Part shown: piece after piece, positions 54,321-64,000 of the stretch
How the letters are laid out: every line of letters starts with the position of its first letter
How positions within the stretch are numbered: the stretch's first letter is position 1
Source of the DNA: the human T2T-CHM13v2.0 reference genome, Homo sapiens
Length of the DNA: 64,000 nt
Assembly (NCBI RefSeq): GCF_009914755.1
Contig: NC_060929.1
Strand: one strand, 5' to 3'
The notes under the pieces: generated by a model
What the model was told of the DNA's origin: nothing
The model's input: only the letters and a program-made list of their open reading frames with translations
Databases searched by the model: none
Made by a program: the position numbers and the translations under genes

Positions 54321-56524
54321 AGAAATTAGTGATAATTTTTTAATATGTTGAGTAGAAAATTACATAATAAAATAGATTTCCTTGAAACTTTGAACACTCT
54401 TTATACTGGTGAGTATTACTATATGCATTCAGTGATTCTATTTTTATTCACTCGCTGGTAACCATAGGAAAAAATAGTGCTGAGCAGATTTTATCATTTA
54501 ATTTAATTTTCATTTGGGGCAGTTTTCAGTTCAGTCAGGGTGACTTTTCAGACTTCGTAGTTTTTTTTATTTGAGAGATAGCATAACAGCATTGTAAAGC
54601 AATTGCACCAATTTACTGAAGGAGTCAATCCAATTTCTACAAGTTCACTACTGTCATTTCTGGTTTCTTGTACATGCATTGATTCTATCAACATAATCTT
54701 AGATGGTTCTTTGAATACCTGACTTTATTGCATTAAAAGCTGAAATCTGTTATCTACATAGATACTTGAGAGACTTGCCTTTCTATATTTTAGATGTAAA
54801 TAAATTGGCAAATATATCCTAAAGACTCTATGGTTAAATACAAATTCCCTGAGGTTTGAGATACATGTATATGTACACATATTTTCAAGTGTGTGTCATT
54901 GAAATAATTCCAGAATTGTTGTTTAAAACCTGTATATTATACATATTTTTTATTCCTGACATTATTATTACTAAAATGTCATTCCTTTTATAATTTACTC
55001 AATTTATATAAACAGAAAACAATCACCATCTGTCTTCCCTTATACAAATATAATTTCAGAGTAGCAACTGGCTTTCTATCTATCACTTTTGGCACTAGCT
55101 TCTCAGCAGAGCTAGTAACTAAAAAAAGGGGGCTTAGCCCTCCGAGGTGTTCGTTGTGGCACTTTCAGAAGTATTTCTGTGGACTTGGAAATGATTTTGA
55201 AAAGATCGCTAGGGTGATGTTTTTAGTATCCCTGTTTGAGTAGTGTGAGACCAGAGAGTGTTGTAAGAAAATGTGATTTGGAGACGCAATCTGAAACACT
55301 GATTTATTAGGCACTATCAATAATGTAAAAAATATTTTAGCATGCATCCACTGTTGTACTTTTCCTCCCTTATGCCTCTATTAATTAAATTGAGATCATA
55401 TTTAGTAATTCTCTTTCCTCTATTACATACGTAAATGTCATTTATCCACAACTGAAGTTCAGAAACATCACTATATCAGCATACAATATCATACTCATTT
55501 CAAAAATTTACAATTAGATCAAATTTGACAGCTAATAAAGATCCAAGTGTCTTGAGAATGCTTGTTTAGGAAACCTAATATTTCAAGTTGATGTGTTTGC
55601 ATTTATCCTTCTACTGCTTCCTAATGACTTCTTCAGTGTTGATGGAGTATAGTTAATACTTCATTGCTCTGAGTGTGGACATGAAAAATTCCATGTTAAG
55701 TACATGTTTAGATATTTGTCCTACTAAAATTTTAAGTGCTGATTCATTATTAGAATGTTTCTTCCTTAGTTGAAACACTTTTTTAATATTTCTCTTCCAT
55801 AAGATAAAATTACATGTACATTTGTTTTTATTTGCCTTATAAACTAATCTTATATCTTTCCGAATTTATATTTTCCACCATAACAAATTTTCTTCCTTTG
55901 AGTTCAAGAAATCTACTACATCCTACTGCTGTTCGCAGTCACGTAATTACTAAGGAATTAAGATCAAAAATAATTTTCATAGTTTCATGGTAATCTTTCT
56001 CACATCTAAGTTCTGTACATCTTTCTAAAAGTTTTATTTGGTGTCCATGTATTTGCCATAGGGAAAATGGAGTATCCTGAGTAACCTCTTCTTTTCTGTT
56101 GAAAATTGAAGTGATATGTGATGCTTTCACTACAAATTCAGTCTACAAATATTCTTGCTTGCTTCCATCGTCTAGATGGATGTTTCTTTTTTCTTCTCCA
56201 AGATGAATTTGTCGATATGTACTCAAAATTCTGTCATTTTCAGTACCTTCTGGGAACTTGCTCAATCCATTACCCCATTTGTTTCATGGATCTTTATCTG
56301 TCTTGTTTCCATTGGCTCCCTCATAGGAGCTCATAAAACTCAAGCTTAAAAAGCAGCATTCACTCTGGCCCTGCTCCTTTCTAGATCTTATATCTCTTTA
56401 TTTCCATAACAATGATAGAAAAACAATAGCCTACCCTTGCTCCTTCTATTTCTTAACCTCCTAATTATTTTTCAAAAATATTCTTCAATTTTTCATCCTT
56501 TTGACTCAATAATATACATAGCCG

Positions 56525-57025
56525 TCTCTTATCCTACTTCACAGTCGTAGACTATGTTTCCCAGCATCCTTGGTACAAGTCATGCATGATACCATGTTTG
56601 AGTTCTGGCCAATAGAATGTGGAAGCATGTGACATATGTCACTTTCAGGCCTGCCTTACAAAACTTCTTTCATAGTACTACAAGCTTTCTCTATTTGTTT
56701 ACCAACTGGTTAACTGCAGAGACTCCAGAAGAAGGGTTTTCAAATATTGGAAAATAGTGGAGTTAAAGAAAAGCTCTAGTTTCAGAATTCTCAGTACAGT
56801 GATGTTGACAAGTTGTTCCTGTTTTCCTAGGACTTTCCCAATTTGAGAACTGAAGAGTCCTGCATCCTGGGAAACCCTTTGCATCTGAAACATCAGAAAT
56901 TTGGTCAACCTAGGAAGAATGCTACCCACTGAAAATTGAAACGGACTGGAATTGAACAAGTAATAACCATTCTATTGTATTTAGACACATTTATTTGGAA
57001 CTTATTTGCTATAATAGTGTTCTTG
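56525..57025 (+). mobile_element. Old MLT1 (I/J-like) LTR containing a MER81
   Basis: tttcccagcatcctt...gagttctggccaatagaatgtgg...gtcactttcaggc. Confidence 0.6.
56800..56912 (+). mobile_element. MER81-like hAT-Blackjack MITE
   Basis: ggactttccca...actgaagagtcc...gggaaacccttt...ttggtcaaccta; ~113 bp. Confidence 0.65.
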
Positions 57026-57319
57026 AAAAAATACCTAGCTTAAGTAAGACAACATCAATTACCTTCCTTCATTTTGCTTCACCATCCTTTTTTATTTTTA
57101 TTTGTGATTACTACTATCACTTATCTATTTAATCAGTCCAGACGTAATAATTATCCTGTATTCCATACTTTTCATTAATTTACAGATTCATTCAAACCCT
57201 GTGTATGCTGACTCAGCCATCTAAAATATCTAATTGGTTTTTTCTCTATTTTTCTTCCCAGACAGTACTAGTTCATATTCTCCTATTTCCTCACTTGGAA
57301 CACTGATATTAACACTTAG

Positions 57320-57470
57320 GTGCATAACATAATTATCCAGTGAGCTTGTGAAAGGTTCCCTAGACACACCTGAAAGGCTCTTATCATAGGTTCAGTGTGG
57401 AAGAGGGGATCTTATTATTTAAATTACCCCAATAACTGTGATGGTAAAAGTTACAGTTTAGAAACAGTGA
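57320..57470. mobile_element. MER5-like hAT-Charlie remnant
   Basis: Degenerate MER5 layout ending agtttagaaac. Confidence 0.4.
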
Positions 57471-60400
57471 CCTGGAATTCTACTGAACCCTTCTTATGAG
57501 TGGTTTATGTAGTAATAAAAATCCCCTCTATACTGGGAGTTTAGTAATGATGATTTTCTAAAGGAAAAAAATATTTTATATGTCTCTGTAGTAGAATAAA
57601 TAGTTGTCCTAAAATAATCTGTTCTCAAATCTGTGGAAAAAAATATGCTTCCTCGCCCCTTGATTAAGGATGGGATTTTAAGTGTTTAGGACTTAAGGGG
57701 TTATATTTAAACTTTAATTCTCAAATGCAAGCAGTAGCCACAAAAAAAAAGGTACTCACCTCAACCTCCATTGGAAATTATCAAATGCTGATGATGATCC
57801 TAAACTCCCAAATCATACTAGTTTTCATATATAAAATTAACTTGATGTGGCTCACATGCAACTTCTTTCCATACTTATGCCTTAGAATTTATGGGGAGAT
57901 CAACAAGGTGGCACTATTGAAATGGTCATTGTCATTTGAGATTAAAATACAGGGCAGACAGAAGATGTGTCATTTTTGGTGACACATCTTTGTATTCAAG
58001 TTGCTGTTTCACGTCCTTTTAAAGTAAATATATGTGACACCATCAATGTAAAAGCCAATGTTGTTACAATAGTGTACAAGGCCAGACATGGCTCCATGCT
58101 CCTTCAATGATCTTATCCGTCAGTTTCTCCTGTTCTTGCTCTAATCCTAGTATCCTGTTTCCCTTGTTTGTCTTCTGCTCTGTGCATTCTCAACAGAAGT
58201 GATCATTTTCCCAAGGGCACATAAATGGATTCTTGGTGAGAGAAAGATGGTGAAAATAAATCTTACTTTTTCTTTGTGCTTACTCAACTCAGCTCAGCCC
58301 TCTTCTCCTTGGAATCACACCTTGTCGTGGCTAGCAAAAGCTTTCCTGTGTTACTCCATGGCATAGAATTTACTTTATCTGTTTCTACACTGTCTGAAAC
58401 TGAGTGGCTAAGTATGCCTCGCTAAACCTACTTAACAAACAAATCCAAGTCCATGCTCTTCATCTTGGCCTTTATGCGTCATAAACATGATATTTTGGCC
58501 TGAACATAGCTTTGTTTTTCTTCTCAATTTGTTCAGAAACTGAGAAGAGAAAAATATATACAGGCAGTTTTCTTGAATAGGCCAACTTGTATGTTCCATA
58601 AGTTATTCTTTTGTGCACTTATTTATTCAATTTTTCACTTAAACAACAATATTTACTTAGACTATTTATTGAGACTATGACATTGTATGCACTGTTCTAG
58701 TACTATGAGAAGTTACCATCTACTCTGTCAAATACAGGAGGTCCTTTTGAGGGAGAAAACAGTAATGTTGCTCCCACATTCATATTTGCAATAGTTCGTA
58801 AGACTGCACGTAGAGACAAGATCGGACTCCCAGTTGAATGTTCTGGCCAATAAATCAAATGCTAAGCTTCCTATGAATATTTAGATACTACCTTATGGCA
58901 AGGAGTCATTAAAACTCAAAGTACTTACTAAAATGTCAGCACTTATAATTATTAAAAAAAAGAGATTGCTAATGTGACCTACTAAATTAGTTAAGACATA
59001 AATGTAAGCAACAAAAACTAACTCAAGCTAAGTAATTTATTTTTGTCCAATTCCAAGACTGGGGATGCTGCTTGGTTTCAAGCAGAGACCCTGCATGAGG
59101 ATTTGCAGCACTCTTCTTATCTTTGATAGACTCGGGTCATCCTATACCTCCCATAGTTTCTACCTTATGCAGATATTTTCTTTGGATCCCATTTCTAAAT
59201 TCCAGGCAAAGATAATCTGATTAGCCCAGTTTGGAGCAATCAGCCTTCCTCTCTTATCAGATATCGCCAGAGGGCAGAAGAATATTGTAGTGAGAGAGAA
59301 CAACCTTATGTGTAAGGTGTTTCTAAGAGAGGTATTGCTGAACAGACATATCAATAGTTCCCTTGACTCAGGGAATACTATAGGCTTTAGTAATTGTTGT
59401 TCATCCTACTGTTTATTGATGTGTGGTATTTTAAATGAGCTCATACGTGTTTGGATTTTCACGCAATTGGAAAGCTATGTCAACCACATTAACATAACTA
59501 TGGGAATAAATAAACATCAACCTTCAGGGAATACTTAGGGCAAATGTCACCCTTTAGTATGTGTGGCTATTTATTAGTTTTAATTATTGATTAATTATTT
59601 TGAAATTATTATCTGCTGTAAAACAATAATAACTCCTCAATGCAGCTAAGCCCAGAATTAATGTATATTGAGAATAATTTACTAGCAATGTGCTAAAATG
59701 TGACAGATTTACAATGTTAAAACTAAATAGAATACATTTATGTCATTGTAACTTTCTTTATGGTATCTTAAAGAAGGGAAAGAGATAGAGTTATGGTTAG
59801 TAAGCTAGCAATTACATATGTGAGAGAAAGGAAAATATCAATGTGTTAGCATTCCCAGCCTTTTGTACAACTTCTCATTTATTTAAAATGATTTTGTGTT
59901 TGCCCTTTTGCTCCAGGGAATTGCTGAATTGAATGAGATAAAGGATTCATTGGAAAATTATGTGAATCTGAGCTAAACTAAATTGATTTACCATAAAAAG
60001 AATAAAACACCACTACAGAGGGGGAAAAGTAATGGTGTATCCAGGGGACTGGAGAAAGTCAAGCTAGATACAGTGAAGAAGGAAAGGATAATAGAAGGCC
60101 ATGTTAGAACTGTTTGCTGGGAGAAAAACAGAAGGGCGATAGAATAGTTAACTGACACCATTAAGAATTTGGTGATCATTTATTTACGGATGTTCAGAAA
60201 ATTTTTGCATGTCTTATTTCAAGGCTTTTGCTCCATCTGATAGCCAGGATAATTTGTGTGAATTTTAAATACGTGTCTTCATAAGTCCTTAACATTTGAA
60301 TGCCACTGATAATGCTGATGACACCACAGATCAACCTACACAGATATTCTGCATCTAAGTATTCCAAGAAATTATTCATTATGTACAATAACCCATATGA

Positions 60401-60703
60401 GGACAGTCAAGTACTTTAATTTTGAGAGCTACATAGAATAGATTCCAGCCAAGTTACATTTAATGAGTTATATAATTAGTTGCTTATTTGGAAGTAGAAA
60501 ACCCTTAAATGTTATTAAATACAATTATTTTTATATTTATTAATTTCTAAATACCATTAATTCCTAACTTTCAAACCTTTCTGTTACCCTAAATTGAATG
60601 GCCTTTTCTAAAAGGGACGCGGTTTCACCTGGATTATTAACAAACAGAATACGAAATAGCTTTCTATGTACTTTGAAACAATCCCTTTTTTGTAACAGTT
60701 TAT

Positions 60704-61244
60704 TGTAACAGAATAATGGGCCTCCAAATGTCTACATTGCTACTCATGAAACCTGTTAATAAGTTTTCTTACATAGAAAAACGAACTTTGCAGATCTGAT
60801 TATGCTTAGAGATCTCGAAGAGATTATCCTAGATTATCTACATTAGCTCAATCTAATCACATGAGTGAGTTCTTCAAATCGGAGAACCTTTGCCAGCTGT
60901 GATGAAAGAGCGATATGACAACAGATAAAGGGTTAGAGAAGTGGCAATAGTTTTAGCTTTGAAGATTGAGGGACAGGGCCATGAGCCAAGCAATGTAGAT
61001 GACCTCTAGAAGCCAAACAGGCAAAGAAACTAATTATCCCCTAGAGTCTCTGCAAATAAAAACACCTTTGCTGATATCTTTATTGTAGCCCAGTGAGACC
61101 CATGCCTGACTTATTTTCTTACAGTTCTACAGAAAATAAATCTTTTTACAGTTCCTTACAGAACTGTAAGTAAATAAATTTGTATTGTTTTTAAGCCAGT
61201 AAGTTTGTGGTAAAGCTTTACAACTGCAACAGACAGTTAATATA
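60704..61244 (+). mobile_element. MLT1D-like LTR
   Basis: cagaataatggg..tccaaa...actttgcagat..gatta; cagaactgtaag..aataaatttg. Confidence 0.8.
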
Positions 61245-61255
61245 TTACCTAAAAT

Positions 61256-61415
61256 ATTGCTTGTCAAACTTAGAATATAAATTGCCTGCAGATCTTGAAA
61301 AATGTAGATCCTGGCTTAGTACCTGGTAGGTAGTGCCCAGGATTCTGTATATCTAATAAGGTCCTAGGTTATACCAAGGCTGCTTGTCCATGGCTCATAC
61401 TTTGGTTAGCAAGAA
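61256..61415. mobile_element. MER5A-like element
   Basis: tcaaactt...cccaggattctgtatatctaataag...catactttggttagcaag. Confidence 0.6.
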
Positions 61416-62464
61416 TTAAAAGCATGTGCTACAGCTCTGTAACCTTACGTCAATTTGACACACCCATGATCTCATGACAAAAAAAAGTGAGTTGTAAGCC
61501 TCCTAATTTTGCTTAAGTTACCCTGTTTTGTTTGTTGTTGTCCTTTTTCTACTTAAATTTTTATTCACATGATAGTCAGTTTTGGATCCTTTACTGATTG
61601 GGTAACCAGTGATGATATTTAAAATGATTTTTCTACTTCAGCCCTCAACTTGACCTTCAGTACTTTCTCATTTTTTTCCCTTTGAATTCACCTGTTCTGC
61701 TCTTGCATGTTGACACTTTCATGACTGACTCCAACTTGCCTGACTCCACAACAATCCCTTGTATGACCAACTTTCTAAATAGAATACTTGCTACCCCTCC
61801 AATGTTTAGAAGATATAAAAGTAGTTTTGCTAGTTAGTGTTAAAATAATGTTATTTAGAAGCCGCCATAAAATCCTGTTTCAAACACGCTACCTTTGAGG
61901 AAAGACACGTCACACAACAAATCTAGGCAGATAAAAATTACAAGTAGAGTTTTAGAATATCAAGATCATTAGATGTTATATTTTACCTAGTATAATCTCT
62001 CTTCATGTTGTTTCATTGCTTGTGGTTATATGCATATTTCATTGTAATAGTGTTCTACTTTTTGGATACACTAGAATTCAAATAGATTCTTCCTGTTAAT
62101 CATCAATATCTCAATGTTCAATTTTACATTAGAATTGCCTCATAATCTAATAGGTGATAGATGATAGATGATAGATAGATAAATACAAGAAAGATAGACA
62201 AAGGAATATGTAACTACACTCACCTCCTAGATAAATTAGAATCTTTAAGATGGGAAGAGCTATTCATAACTTAAAAATTTTCCTAGATAATTCAAATTGG
62301 CAACAAAGTTTGAAGACAACTAATATAAGTAATAGTTTTGAGATACTTAAACATTTTTCTAATTTACATAAAATTTATTTTCTAAAATACTTTGAATTAC
62401 ACATTCATTAAAAATAAATTTCTACTCAAAAGATAATAAGTTATTAAAAAGTACTTGCATGGTG

Positions 62465-63249
<785 letters not shown>

Positions 63250-63319
63250 TCTGCACATGGCTAATTATGTAATACATATTCTGATTTCAGCTTTTTTAAA
63301 GTATTTTTTGTAATACTCG

Positions 63320-63940
63320 TTAACAAAAAGTACATAAAGTGTAACTATCAAAGTGAATAAATGATTGCAAATGAGTAGCAAGGTGACCAAAAATCAGCAG
63401 CAGAAGAAGAATTTTGCCAGCATCCCAGAATCCCCCTAAACATCCCTTTTGGGTCACATATTCTTGTTTCACACAATGGGTATCTTTTATTCTGAAAGTT
63501 AAGGAAACACTTTCTTGATTCTCTTGAGAACCCCACTCAATGATTTTTTTTCCTGTTTTTAAATTTCATAGAAATATGATATAATGCATGTTATTTTCTA
63601 TCTGGCTTCTTTTGCACAACGGTATATGTTTCAGTCACTCAGGGTGCTACATAGAGCTACATTTCATTGATTGTATGGCTGTATTCTTAAAAATAAACCA
63701 CATTTTCTTTGTTAATTCTTTGGCTGCTGAACATTTGTTTCTATTTTAGATTTATTACAATGTACTATATATAATATTGCTCTAAACATAAACACATATA
63801 CACTGTACATATGCTTTGCAGGTTTCAGTGCACATAAACACATGTATATGCATACCCCAAAGAGATATATAATCTGAAGGAGAATTATTTCTGAGTCATA
63901 GAGAATGCATTCCCATTTAAAGATAAAAAAGATAATAAAC
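63320..63940 (-). mobile_element. L1ME-type 3' end
   Basis: ccagcatcccagaa; tctggcttcttttgcacaa; gtatggctgtattc. Confidence 0.6.
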
Positions 63941-64000
63941 TTCAGCAGCATTTGGTTAATTGTAGTAAGTGTTTCATAGTCACTTGATGAGAATATGGAT

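Overview
This is primate (human-like) non-coding genomic DNA: AT-rich, CpG-depleted and dominated by interspersed repeats (Alu, L1, L2, MIR, MaLR/ERVL/ERV1 LTR elements, Tigger/hAT DNA transposons, microsatellites). I see no host protein-coding exon, RNA gene or CpG island. The only recognisable protein remnants are a 5'-truncated HERV-L provirus (gag-part, pro, pol, dUTPase, MLT2A1-type 3' LTR; ~31316-36480), an older degraded ERVL-class internal region and L1 ORF2 fragments. I found no evidence of a new biological system. The most unusual signals are rearrangement scars. These include a complex templated insertion at ~1020-1336 (an inverted copy of 2279-2531 joined to a direct copy of 758-830), a micro fold-back insertion at ~61111, a 75-bp tandem duplication across an Alu 5' junction, and deletion junctions fusing unrelated elements. 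Several LTRs also carry DUX4-type motifs. Subfamily names come from recalled consensus sequences, boundaries of old repeats are approximate, and nothing was database-checked.
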